DNA of 64,000 nt from Amoeboaphelidium protococcarum X5 (Eukaryota; Fungi; Aphelidiomycota), in NCBI GenBank assembly GCA_023515725.1, contig JALDTO010000155.1, positions 841,147 to 905,146 on the forward strand, read 5' to 3'. Below the pieces are notes generated by a model. That model made no database searches, was not told the origin of the DNA, and was given only the letters and a program-made list of their open reading frames with translations. A program made the translations under genes and the position numbers. Of the stretch, positions 41,001 to 52,940 are shown piece after piece; position 1 is the first letter of the stretch; the number at the start of each line of letters is the position of its first letter.

Positions 41001-42575
41001 TCATTTTCTGAACCATACATCATCAACTTTCAATTTAGTACCATCTTAGGAGTAAAAAAATCCCTTCTATCCATGAAGGACACCATTTCTTACATCATCA
41101 GGAGTATTGACATAATCAGTCACGTCAACTTGATCAACATCACCCAGTTCTTCTAGATCACTGATGTTAGTGTCACTGATAAAGCCAAGCTGAACATTAT
41201 GCAGATTAAGACACCTTTTCACAGAAGTTAAAGATACCAGAACACTGTTGTGGTCCTTCTTTACTAACTAGAATTTACATTATGGAATGGACTGCATTTC
41301 CAAAGCCAGCATGTATAACGCGTCAAAACCATTAGCTGCGTAGTATGGCTTCTTAGTAAATGGACTCAGTGTATGATCACCAAACACTTCTTGAATGTCC
41401 ACCACACCATTGCCATTTAAGTCGGACATTGCAAGCATTTTATCACCACCCACGGCACCTCCGTCCTGATTATTTGGATTCGAGGGATCTTTGGAGATAC
41501 CGGTGTTTTTCGAAGCAGAAACAGCTCCATCCTTATTTACATCAAATACTAGGGGACTATCTCCTTTAGTTCCTCCTTTTCCTCCTTTCCGATTTCTTTT
41601 AATAGTCGGAGATTTTGGAGAAGGAGGTTTGGGAGTACTACTCGAAGGAGGCCTTGGCGGAGGAGGGGGACTAGCTGTCGGAGGTTCCGAGCCATCAGTT
41701 GGTGGAGGAGGTTCAGATGGTGGCGGTGGAGGACGCGTAGGAGGACTTGGAGGTTCAGATGGTGGTCTATTGCTTGGCGGTCTTTCGCTAGGTGGTGTAG
41801 GACTAGGAGGTCTTTCACTAGGTGGTCTTTCGCTAGGAGGTGGGGGACCAGGAGATGGAGGACCAGGAGGTCTTCTTCTAGGAGGTGGAGCAGTTTCTGG
41901 AGGACCAGGAGATGGAGGAACTTAAGAAGGCGGTCTAAGAGGAGGACGAGTCATTGGAGCGTCAGGAGTAGAACTGCTATACAATTCTTTAGAGGATGTC
42001 GTGGTGGTTTTTACGGTCGAGGACATTGCTGAAGTTGTCGTGGATTTCGAAGTCCGACTGTTCGAGCAAGATGAGCACACAGTGGCAGATGTGCTTTGAG
42101 TGACTTAAGTAGTCAAAGACGTCCGGGTGCTCCCAGGCAAGGACAATGACTTTGTCAAAGACGACGGGGTACTAAGAGGTAAGGACAAGGACTTAGTAGA
42201 GATTTTAAGAGTAGTGATGGTAGATGTCAACTTTTAGCTTGTGGAACAGGGAGTGGATTGAGACGAGCCATGAGAAGAGGATGTCATACCAAATGGACGC
42301 GTCGTTGCAGGATATCCAGTTGTAGTAACATGAATACTTGACGATTAACATGGTGCTGATACAACCACCGGAGTAGTAATTTGACTGGCAGTTTGAGATG
42401 AACAGCTTGTTGGCACAGCCTTGACCGTAAAAGAAACCACACTAGAGCACGGTGTACTGTTTGATGAAACTGATCGCAGACGGCATTTTACAGGCGCGTC
42501 TGTTGGAGGTTTCAAGTCTGCTTATACCAAAGCCGCACTAAAGCAGAGCAACAAAATTCTTATAACCAAAAGCAT
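41001..42575 (-). CDS. Secreted S/T- and Pro-rich protein with SPM-like domain, copy 3, 524 aa
   Basis: MLLVIRILLLCFSAALVQA, VKCRLR, PPSER repeats, IKRNRKGGKGGTKGDSPLVFDVNKDG...DDVWFRK. Confidence 0.88.
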
Positions 42576-42932
42576 TAATCCCTGGAATGGCTGCAAAGAT
42601 AACGATAGCGCAGTACAACAATAAATTAACAATATTACTTATATAAACCAGAATAGACACTTTAATTGTGAGGCATTATTTTGTCGATAAAGTTGCACCT
42701 GTGTTACCAATTATTAGTTTGTGACACCAATCAGGACGCACAACGGGCCCGCAGTGTTACGCCAAGATATTGAGAAATAAGTGGAACATTTGACGATTGT
42801 AATTCTACAGTAAAATACGGCAAATGCAAGCTTAGATGATCACTGATAGGATTTAACGACAATGGTTATAATCGAAAACTTTGCTCTATCAATTTTGAAT
42901 GTTGAGATTTGTCAATGCTAAAATGCAACCAA

Positions 42933-43122
42933 TAATGTGCGATGATAGCGTGGGGCGATTGCGCAAAATCTGCTTCTCTGTTGGAGTGGAGAACATTTAC
43001 TACCATAATTTTTAAAACTGTAATTGCGCATGGCACAGTTCATGGACTGCAGTCATCAATTCTTGACGCGTAGGATTTTGGAATGCATTCACTGACATCT
43101 TTGAAGATTTTTGCCTCACATT
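42933..43122 (-). pseudogene. COQ4: COQ4 5' fragment relic A
   Basis: Minus strand reads SVNAFQNPTRQELMTAVHEL...QMFSTPTEKQILRNRP, aligning to SVNALKDPTRQDLVAAVSEL...RMLSTPTGRQILRDRP of the intact gene. Confidence 0.75.
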
Positions 43123-44800
43123 ACAAAAAAGTCAAAACATTGCTCCAGGGCTCCAATGTACAATAAAGAAGTCTTTTATCGGCTGTCATTGTATAGCTGT
43201 AAGGTATTCGATCAATACGGCTGTATTTCTAGCATTCTTGTTGTAATAAAGTCCGTGACGCGAATTAATTATCAATCTATTATCTTTTGCACCAGTCAGA
43301 ACATCTACTTTTATTGATATTGAAAACATTGCGATTATTTATTAAATTTCAACCTTCTAGCATTTAGTAGCAATATTCAAGCTGTTGATACTCGAAAGGA
43401 GTGAGCTTGCTATCTTAACACAACCTCATCCCATGCAATTAAATTTTAAAGTAGATACTTACGCGTATAACAATTCATTCCATATTGAAACAATTGTATG
43501 GGCTCGACTATGAAGATTTAGAGACTTTACTCTGGATGTTAATATTTGGGCAACTTTGAAGATTGGGACGCTTTCCGGCCACCAAAGAATTGTACATCTT
43601 TTTTATCACATGCAGCTGCTCCTTATAATGCTCGTATCACGTCAATTGTAGTGGTAAACATTTTATATACACAATAAATCATCTACTCAAGTTCTATCTC
43701 TTGGCGTAACGTTGTGTGACCCCTTGTGTGTCCTGATTGGTATCACAAAATTAAAGATCTGTAACACTAATGCAACTCGGTACTTGAATGTGCTGCACGA
43801 TGGATGTATGTCTTCTTTAATAGACAAATTGAAGCTTAATTGTTTATTGTACTATATTGCGGTTATTGTATTTGCAACCATTCTTATTGATTATTAATGA
43901 TGCTTATGAGTTAGAAACTTTCGTTACTCTGCTTATACTTTGCAATGGTACACGTAGAATACAAGCTGGCAACTGATGCGCCAATTAAGTGCCGCCTGAG
44001 ACCTGTTTAGTCTATCAGCACATCATGTACTACAATCAGTGGGACTCCTCTGACTGTAAAAATATTGTCTACAAGCTGTTCATCTGCTACTGCTCATAGC
44101 ACTACACTTCCGGTGGTCGTGTCAACAACTCCTTGCTCAAGCTCTACGCTCATCACGGCCACTACTGGACTTGTCACAACTACTTTGCCAGTGACGCGTA
44201 CAACCGAATCGATCTCTGCTCCTCAGAGTAAAACCTCACTTGTATCTACTCCTTGCACTACCTGTAATAATTTGTCATCCTCCACCACTCAGTATACCTC
44301 TACTAAATCTCAGGTATAAAGTACGTCGTCCATTTTGACTTCTCGCTACAGTTAGACCTCTTCTACCTAAAAGTGCTCATCTTGTACATCCAGTCGTAGT
44401 TAGACTCGCTCCATGACATCTTCTGCTACGTCATCTATTATAACAACTACTGCGATGCCATCGAAATCATCTACAATGTCCTCTACTGTAACAACCACAA
44501 CGACATTCTCTAAGTATAGTACACCAACTCCTGCTCCTCCACCACCAAGCGAAAGGCCGCCTAGTCCTACACCGCCAAGCCCACCACCTCCTGGTCCTCC
44601 ATCTCCTGGTCCCCCACCTCCTAGCGAAAGACCACCTAGTGAAAGACCTCCCAGTCCTACACCGCCTGGTCCTTTGCCACCAAGCGAAAGACCGCCTGGC
44701 CCTCCACCTCCTGGTCCACCACCACCTAGTGAAAGACCTCCCAGTCCTACACCTCCTGGTCCTCCACCTCCTAGTTAAAGACCTCCTAGCGAAAGGCCTC
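42933..44800 (+). repeat. Segmental duplication unit A (about 1 kb upstream DNA plus 5' half of SPM-family copy 4); partner at 52749-54850
   Basis: Highly similar sequence begins TAATGTGCGATGATAGCGT in both copies; the partner carries about 225 extra bp near 53209-53433. Confidence 0.9.
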
Positions 44801-45684
44801 CTAGCGAAAGACCTCCTAGTCCTACACCGCCTAGTCCTACACCACCACCTAGCGAAAGACCCCCAAGTGAAAGACCTCCTAGTCCTCCACCACCTAGCGA
44901 AAGACCGCCAAGCAATAGACCACCATCTGAACCTCCAAGTCCTCCTACGCGTCCTCCACCGCCACCATCTGAACCTCCTCCACCAACTGATGGCTCGGAA
45001 CCTCCGACAGCTAGTCCCCCTCCTCCGCCAAGGCCTCCTTCGAGTAGTACTCCCAAACCTCCTTCTCCAAAATCTCCGACTATTAAAAGAAATCGGAAAG
45101 GAGGAAAAGGAGGAACTAAAGGAGATAGTCCCCTAGTATTTGATGTAAATAAGGATGGAGCTGTTTCTGCTTCGAAAAACACCGGTATCTCCAAAGATCC
45201 CTCGAATCCATATAATCAGGACGGAGGTGCCGTGGGTGGTGATAAAATGCTTGCAATGTCCGACTTAAATGGCAATGGTGTGGTGGACATTCAAGAAGTG
45301 TTTGGTGATCATACACTGAGTCCATTTACTAAGAAGCCATACCACGCAGCTAATGGTTTTGACGCATTATACATGCTGGCTTTGGAAATGCAGTCCATTC
45401 CATAATGTAAATTCTAGTTAGTAAAGAAGGACCATAACAGTGTTCTGGTATCTTTAACTTCTGTAAAGATGTGTCTTAATCTGCATAATGTTCAGCTTGG
45501 CTTTATTAGTGACACTAACATCCGTAATCTGGAAGAACTGGGTGATGTTGATCAAGTTGACGTGACTGATTATATTAATACTCCCGATGATGTAAAAAGT
45601 GGCGTCCTTCATGGATAAAAGGGATCCTTCTACTCTCATGATGGAACGCAATGGCAGGTTGATGATGTATGGTTCAGAAAATGA
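43897..45684 (+). CDS. Secreted S/T- and Pro-rich protein with SPM-like domain, copy 4, 595 aa
   Basis: MMLMSQKLSLLCLYFAMVHV, IKCRLR, long PPSERPPSPT repeats, GDSPLVFDVNKDG...DDVWFRK. Confidence 0.9.
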
Positions 45685-46013
45685 GACATCTTGTAAATAT
45701 TTTAACGGCTTTTTATTCAAGTCTTTTGCGTTTAGACTTACCTTTGCATATTCGCCGCTTTCTTGTTAAATGTAGCAGAGCATCTCAAGTTCTCGTCAAC
45801 TGGTACTTATTGTTGAGTTAAATGATAAAAGACACAATTTGATCTATCAGCTGATATTCATTCCCCTATAGAGTTTTGATTTCGATACAATCTGTTTACA
45901 ATTTCTTGCAGCTAGCGGTCAGCCTTAGTGGCAATTTTTAAATATCTCCTATTCTGAAAAGTGGGCTTGTAAATTACCACTCTACCTACTTTTAAAAAGA
46001 AGAAAAAATTGTA

Positions 46014-46038
46014 AATTTTACCGCGAAGCGGTAAAATT
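46014..46038. other. Perfect hairpin AATTTTACCGC-GAA-GCGGTAAAATT
   Basis: 11-bp stem with a GAA loop, containing the GCGAAGC mini-hairpin core. Confidence 0.85.
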
Positions 46039-46144
46039 ACCAAGCAGGGGCTCACACCTGTTTAAACTTAAGGTCGAGCAGGAGATAAAATTGTAAAATT
46101 AGAGCTATCAAAATTAACTATTAGTACATTTGTGTCAAAGGTCA

Positions 46145-49100
46145 TCATTATTGGCGCTTTTGGATCTGCTTAAAAGCGCGCATATAGCCATTATATAGTG
46201 TATCCTTCTTCTTGATATCTTCTTTTGTTGGCTTTCGTTGCAGTTTAGAGCAGAAATCGTTTGAGTGGCCATCCACAAATACAAACTAACCAGCCGCGTT
46301 TTTGCTCTTCTGAACTTCCAGACATGCGGCGCAGACATGGACACTCTTGTCTAAAAACAATTTACCTAAAGGATCATCAATGTTATATTTACTTCGTGAC
46401 ACCTTCTTCACCAGCGCTTGCTCCGGCTCCGGCAAAATAAACTCATTCAGATCGAATCCATCAGGATGTAGAGGCAGCCTTCTAGGAGAATCAAACACAA
46501 AGAGAGCTGGAGGATCTGCAATTTGCGTGAAAGCAGGACCGCTGAGAAGCGCAGACATACTACCATCATCCACAACATCTATCTCATGCACATGTTGAGA
46601 ATCCAAAAGCTGCTGTATCAAAAACGCCTACTGATCAAAGCTTTCAGTGTCGTGACCATCAAGACTGAATTCTGAATCCAATTAACTAGCACCGGAGACA
46701 ACAACCTCATTATTGCTAGCCTATAATACTTTCGATTCTTCAATTTGCGACAATTAAGCATCTTCTGATGACTAAAGCGAAGGAACAGGATGCTGGAATA
46801 CATGAATATTGTCATTCTGAAGATCATAAGAGAGCTTATTCAATTCATCCAAATGCTTCTGCATAAATTATTTAGCCTGCGCCTTCTAGTCCAGACGTTT
46901 TAAAAACTCCAACATATGACACTGATGCTTGAACCCAAAACTCTCGAGACCAGCGATAGGATCGTCCATCGATTTCAGACGGAGTTCAATTTCTATATTC
47001 CACTTGGCTGTTAGTTCATTGACATTGATCATGTCACCGTTTTAGATCTGCCCCATCACCAATTCAATAAAGAGCTCAATTTCTTATTCGCTTTCGATTG
47101 ATCTCGGCACCACAGCCGATTTTAAAGATTCGGAGTAAATGGGATCTAATACCACACTAACATCTCCGCTTGTGTCCAACTTTTTAATGAAATTCTGAAG
47201 CCACATCAGCTATAGGTCTGGAACCACCTCATCTATTAACTAAGAGCCTTCGACTTCTTCTTCATTTATAACAGCAAAATTAGATTCTAAACTACTTTCT
47301 GGTACATCAAATATATCGGCAAATTGGTCTTCATCCGCAATATCACTGAAATGAACATTCTGTACGCCACTGAGACAACCAAAGCTTTCGACATCTTTCG
47401 ATGTCATGGGAGTCCAAAACACTTTATACATAGGCTGAGCATCAAACAAATCCGGATATTGCTGTCTGATTGAGACAAGAGCTTGCATTAATCCAAAATC
47501 ATGCATGCCGAAATTCGACATCAACTTAGATTTAGATGCCATTTTGCAATTCCATTGAAAGACCAAATCCATCACCACTAAATCAGCTAGCTCTTATGAC
47601 ATTTATTTAGCCTTGATAGAGTTTCTCAAGTAGAAATGGAAGCCTTCTTATTTAGAGCTCCCCCTCGCACACTTCAACTTCAACAAGGAGGCGGATGCTG
47701 TGGACAGTTGACGATACAGATTCACGCCCGGTGGATCAGAAAGGCAGCCATTGAGTAGATGCTTCAACTAATTCTGATGAGTTTCTAGAACAGATTTATT
47801 TATAAAATTTGGACACATGCCATGAAACTTAGTAACAACTTCATCAACACGAGCGGCGACTTTCTCAGCTTCAGGAATGATCCGTCTTATCCTACCACTA
47901 GCCAAATACTTTCTATACATCCAGTCCAACTACACGGGAGGAATCTACTTGTTACTCAGGTACTTCTTAACGGCCTCCACATCAGCCTAGCAATTGACAA
48001 ATGTAGCATCAGACATAAACTGCAAAAATGATTTGTACAAAAAGTGATGTTTACTAACTTTGTAGCGATCAATAAAATGGAAAGAGTCCAGCAAAACTCG
48101 CTAGTGCTTAGCGCCATCAGTTGGCTCAGTGGATACTTCAGCATTACCGGCATTATTTTACACATTCTCTTTATTTTCACCATTGCTGTCGTTAGTCTCA
48201 TTCACATTCTCCACTGCTGCAATCCCCAAATCTATTGCAGAAATATCATTTGCAGAAGGATTGCCGGAATTTGCGATACTTAATCCATGGTTCTAAGCAG
48301 CTTAATCAAACTCCACATCTAGCATCAACTAATCCAATCCTTCAGACGCAGAGAGAAGCAAACATTCATGCTGATAGTACAGAAGGAAAGACGCATACAC
48401 GTCATCAACGGCGTATTAAATCTAAGCGGAGGACAATGATTGAGAGCTCCAGGGTGAGATGCGGCATGCATGTTTAAAACTCATGGTTTTTTATAAGTGC
48501 TCTTCACAAAGAGCCTGGAGATTGAGATTCACCGAGCCATATTGATCTTTGTAAATTTGCTCCACATCAACAAAGTTGAGAAGCGGCAGTCCAAAATCGC
48601 GCAATAATTTCAAACTATCACCTGAAATATTTACACCAGCTTTAATGACTTTAGATTGCATAAATTCCACCAGACACTGAGGCAACTCAGCAAAGAAAGA
48701 GAGTTATACTATAAGAGCGATCTTTCCGTCGCAAATCTGAATGACAGATGTCGGCCGCTCAGGAATCCCAGCTTTATGCACTTTGTCCCACTCCATGTCA
48801 AAACCCACAAAATTCTAATTCAAAGTTAGCAAGCGACGTTTCAGCTCTTCTTAACACTTAATTAATACCACTTCACCTTCAAACTATAGCGTTGACAGCG
48901 GCGCACGATGAGTCTCAGTAAACGGCTTCAACAGAGAAGGAAAGCACTACTAAAGAACTGCACGATCGTGACAACAGTTGTCAGTGTAAAATATCTGCGG
49001 ACCTCCCATGACATATCTCTAACTAATCTTACTCAGTTGCATTTGAATTTCTTTCAAACCTGTAGAATGCACGAAATAGAAACCACAAACGAGTCCAAAT

Positions 49101-50323
49101 TCATTCATTACAGAATAGCAGCCTTTAAACAAGCGATTTTGATTTTTAACAGGCACCTTAGCAATTTTGAACGTATGATCACCACATAATATCTCGCCCT
49201 TAACCGACATTAATGTGTTAGACTTGTCCTGATGTACAGCTGATTGCCGCTCCTTGTATGCCAAAATGAGACTAGGCTAAGAAGGAACCTGGCCACCGTA
49301 TCCAGCACAATTAGAGTAACTGCCAAAATCTTAAACTTTCTTATTGTTACAAAACATAAATTTGGCGCCATATTTAAGCTACTAGATGGAATAAGTCTCA
49401 AAGCTAATTCTTTGCATTGAGTATACAGAATTATTAATTTCCTAATACAAATGTTAAAAATCTTAGAATGACTGCGAGTGGATGATTTAGCGGCAAAGCA
49501 TCAGTAACAATGTATTGTCAATAGCCACCTTTGGATATACGACACACGGCAATTAGTTTTATACGAATAATGGCAGCTTCTTAACAACATCCCGATCGTA
49601 TCCACAGAACTACTTCGAGCAGGCCTTGCAGCGATAGCGCAAACACACTATAGAATACTCGCGACCAATTGCTGATACGGTTCTCGGTCCACATTTGTTC
49701 CACCCGATTTAAACCACACTACCTTCTCCAGCGTTACAAGATTCATTTGGACATTACAGATGGCGAACATGTTCCCAAAAGAACAACTCAGGAATCCAAA
49801 AGAAACACCTAACACGGTGCCAATCCTATGCATCAATACTTTTAGAGAGCAAAGGATTCGGTGGATCCACAAAGATATTCTCCCAGTTTGGAGTCATAGC
49901 AGGACGACAATCACATGGAGTAGGATTCTTCAACTGAGTGTTACAAGATTTTCCTCTGCCCTTCTTACTCAGGTCACCCTTTTAGAATCTATGTATATCA
50001 TCCACATGCTTTCTCAACCAGCTGTACTTATCATCCTTCAGCCATGATAGATGGCCTTTCTCCTCCTCATCTTCCTAGATAACTGTACCCTACACATTTT
50101 GAGACGAACTCTAAGTTACAATTCCAGTCGTGCTGTCTTGATTCATAGAGATAGAATCAGTGAGATCCACAATTTGACTTCGGACATTCTACTACAGGCG
50201 GACAACATTCTCCGTTCCTTGAATTTAAACCCCAAAGCTCAATTTCTATTGTGCTACACTATCGCTGTTAGATGACTTCTATAAAGAACTTCCACCGAAG
50301 TTGAGCTTGGTAGAATCTTTCAT
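46145..50323 (-). CDS. DDE transposase with N-terminal Cys-rich domain and embedded DEDDy (WRN-like) 3'-5' exonuclease, 1392 aa
   Basis: Uninterrupted frame with TAR=Gln. CPNESC/CKAC; DHTFK; YTDNCC; exonuclease VGFDMEW, GVNISGD, QYAVDD; LLDSFH; GCLSDPPG; RGSSKQEGFH; C-terminal CAAC..H..C. Confidence 0.85.
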
Positions 50324-50754
50324 TTAGCACTACAAAGATTGGTGATTGTTAAGTATAGAACACTCTAAAACGACTTACAATCTTTCGATGATTGTATTAA
50401 TTCTAATACGAATATCTTTTGTTGCAATGTGGGCAAGTCCAGCTATCGGACTTGCGCACAGGACCAGGAGTAATCTTCTACTTCTTCAGTTTCATGCGGA
50501 GACCACCAAACTCTCTCAAATGATTAGTTAATGCAGTGAATCGAGCTACACACGCATACTTTTTCATCAAAAGCAATTATTAAAGAAAAGATAGAATTAC
50601 TTCTTGATAAGTTAGATTTATTCTACAACAGTGGTTTACGTATTCTAACCACTAACTTTTAATGCAAAGTAGAATAGTTGCGACTCGTGGCTATTTGTTT
50701 CAGCGACTTGTCTCCGACACGATGATTTCTTTCGACGGCTCCGACATGAGCCCC

Positions 50755-50795
50755 CTGACTCCGACTCCGACTCCGACTCCGACTCTGACTCCGAC
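50755..50795. repeat. (CYGACT)x7 hexamer tandem repeat near the transposon end
   Basis: Seen directly; extra CTCCGAC copies at 50712 and 50739. Confidence 0.9.
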
Positions 50796-50882
50796 ATTTT
50801 CTTTTGAGTAGATCTAACCTATACATCCCGAAAAGTGGCCGTGTTTTAAAACTATACTTTGATTAGCGTATTTATTTCAGTA

Positions 50883-51641
50883 ATGTTAGGAATCAATCTC
50901 CTAAGACACTCCGTGAACGCTTTGAAAGATCCAACGCGCCAAGACTTGGTGGCTGCAGTGTCTGAGTTGTTTGTCGCAGAGCCCTCGTTATAAAGACTAC
51001 GTTAGCGCATGCTATCAACTCCGACAGGAAGGCAAATCTTGCGCGATCGCCCCATGATATCCTCACAGAGTATTGATTTAGAGCGATTAAGACAATTGGA
51101 TGAGAATACATTCGGAAAGCAGTATACACTATTTTTAGATAAAGAACAGGTGTCGCCAGACACACGAGAAGCCGTCAAGTTGTTACCTACCAAAGATCCT
51201 GAGTTGGCTTATATTCTGCTTCGCTACAGGCAGATCCATGATTTTATGCATACGCTGCTTGGAGTGCCCACCACGCTAAAGGGAGAATTGGCTCTGAAAT
51301 GGTTTGAGTTTGTACAAACTGGACTACCCATGACGGCCATCGCTGGAATATTTGGCTCGGCGCGTTTGCTCCCTCTATGGAGATTTTAAGACTTGGAGTC
51401 TGCTGGTAATTTCCAAGCACAACCTGTTTCTAGATATGCTGAATCTGATATTTAACAATTCGTTAATGTCTATGTTCCATGGGCCATAAAGTCTGGTGCA
51501 AGAGCGGATCTCTTACTCAGCGTGTATTGGGAAAAGTGCTTTAATATGGATCTGGATGACTTGCGGCGTGCTCATCGCATCACTCCAATGTCCAAAGCGT
51601 AACAAGCTAAGCATAACAATATTATTAATAAACAAATGTGA
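50883..51641 (+). CDS. COQ4: Ubiquinone biosynthesis protein Coq4 (start codon uncertain)
   Basis: DPTRQDLVAAVSE, TGRQILRDRP, RYRQIHDFMHTLLG...GE (HDxxH-x11-E), YVPWA, VYWEK. Confidence 0.9.
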
Positions 51642-51643
51642 AT

Positions 51644-52468
51644 TCATTGCCTACTAACTTCACTAAAATTTAAAATTTCTAGTTTAAATGCACATTATTA
51701 TCCAGATGTAGACATTTCAGCCGTGACAATGCACTCAACGCCGAGAGATTTCAACGCGCCGCGAATCATTCCACTCGGAAAGGCCAAATATGGCGCCACT
51801 TGGCTCATCAAGTCTGCAGACTGTCTCATAGAAGATATGTACTAGAGTGGTTTAAATTGATTATCTTGCAGCACGTATACACCCTTGTGATTAGTTTTTA
51901 AATTGTCAATCTACTTCTAATACAGGGTGGTCCAGAATTCTTTACAGATAAACTTCATGATGTCCAGAATGTCAGCCATCTTGGGTTTATCATTAGAGAG
52001 AATAGCGGACATTTTAGAGCCAACTTTAAATCCCAATACATCTAGACGAGTGAATAGCAACTCGGCTTCATTCTGAGTCTACTGCATGTTAGTAGGCAAT
52101 GGCGTCTTTAATGCATTATTGTCCAATTCATCAAAATCAAAGTAGTCATCATATTGTGGATCGTAATAATTACCAGTGCCAGTGCTAGACAGAGCATTCT
52201 ACGGAGCCGGACTAACAACTTGAACTTCATTCTCTGGTGAAAGATTAACTTCTCTCAACATGCGCTGTATCATGATCTGATCTCTTTGTGACTTTCTATC
52301 AACTATATACTTGGTAACTTGTACTGTCTCCATCAATAGAAAATCGAATGCCAGACTGTTGACTTGGAACGCTTCATCCTTTTATGACTTGTCAACTGCA
52401 TTCTAAATTGGATTAAGCTTCGGCTTCATAGGCAGACTCTTATCTTGCGGCGATACTGGAGAAGTCAT
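51644..52468 (-). CDS. TRS33: TRAPP complex subunit Trs33/TRAPPC6
   Basis: AFDFLLMETV, LGFKVG, DIMKFICKEFW, QIDNLKTNHKGVYVLQDN, GMIRGALKSLG. Confidence 0.92.
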
Positions 52469-52748
52469 ACTATACAATTTTATATAAGGTAATTCTCCGA
52501 GACTGTAGACAGCGTCCTATGTTATATTCAACAACTTTAAATGTTTTTTATTGAATTTTACTTCGTTTCACGCTCAGTTTCATAAGGAAATGTCCACAGA
52601 AAAGCTATGTTTGTGGCGGGAATTCCCTCGAAGCGCGAGTTTGCGATGAATGCCGATTGGTGGTGTAGAAGACACCCTGATTGGAATCGTTGGGTTTGAA
52701 ACCACACACTTGACCTATTGTTCGCTTAAAAGGTGAAAATGCCTTTAC

Positions 52749-52940
52749 TAATGTGCGATGATAGCGTAGAAAGATTGCGCAAAATCTACTTCTCTGTCGG
52801 AGTTGAGAACATTTACTACCATAATGTTTAAAACTATAATTGCGCATGGCACAGTTCATGGACTGTAGTCATCAAGTATTGACGCGTAGGATTTTAGAAT
52901 GCATTCACTGGCGTCTTTGAATATTTTTGCCTCCACATGA
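52749..52940 (-). pseudogene. COQ4: COQ4 5' fragment relic B
   Basis: VNAFQNPTRQYLMTTVHEL...MFSTPTEKQILRN; duplicate of relic A. Confidence 0.7.

Larger units (their letters stand above)
45963..50829 (-). mobile_element. Putative DNA transposon of about 4.9 kb (C/DxxH, Mutator-like clan) carrying an exonuclease-fused transposase
   Basis: Contains transposase ORF 46145-50323; flanked by GAAAAGT(GG) direct repeats at 45956 and 50830; ends GGG...CCC; subterminal repeats at both ends. Boundaries are inferred. Confidence 0.6.

Noticed and set aside
44520-45075. Pro-rich tandem repeats as a CRISPR-like array
   Set aside because: They are in-frame coding repeats with no constant repeat/unique spacer pattern.
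34538-50323. Fanzor and the exonuclease-transposase as one composite element
   Set aside because: They are about 9.5 kb apart, separated by host genes, and the transposase has its own candidate TSD. Mobilisation in trans cannot be excluded.
50560-50797. Minus-strand ORF MSESESESES... from the hexamer repeat
   Set aside because: Short and low-complexity; better explained as a subterminal repeat of the transposon.
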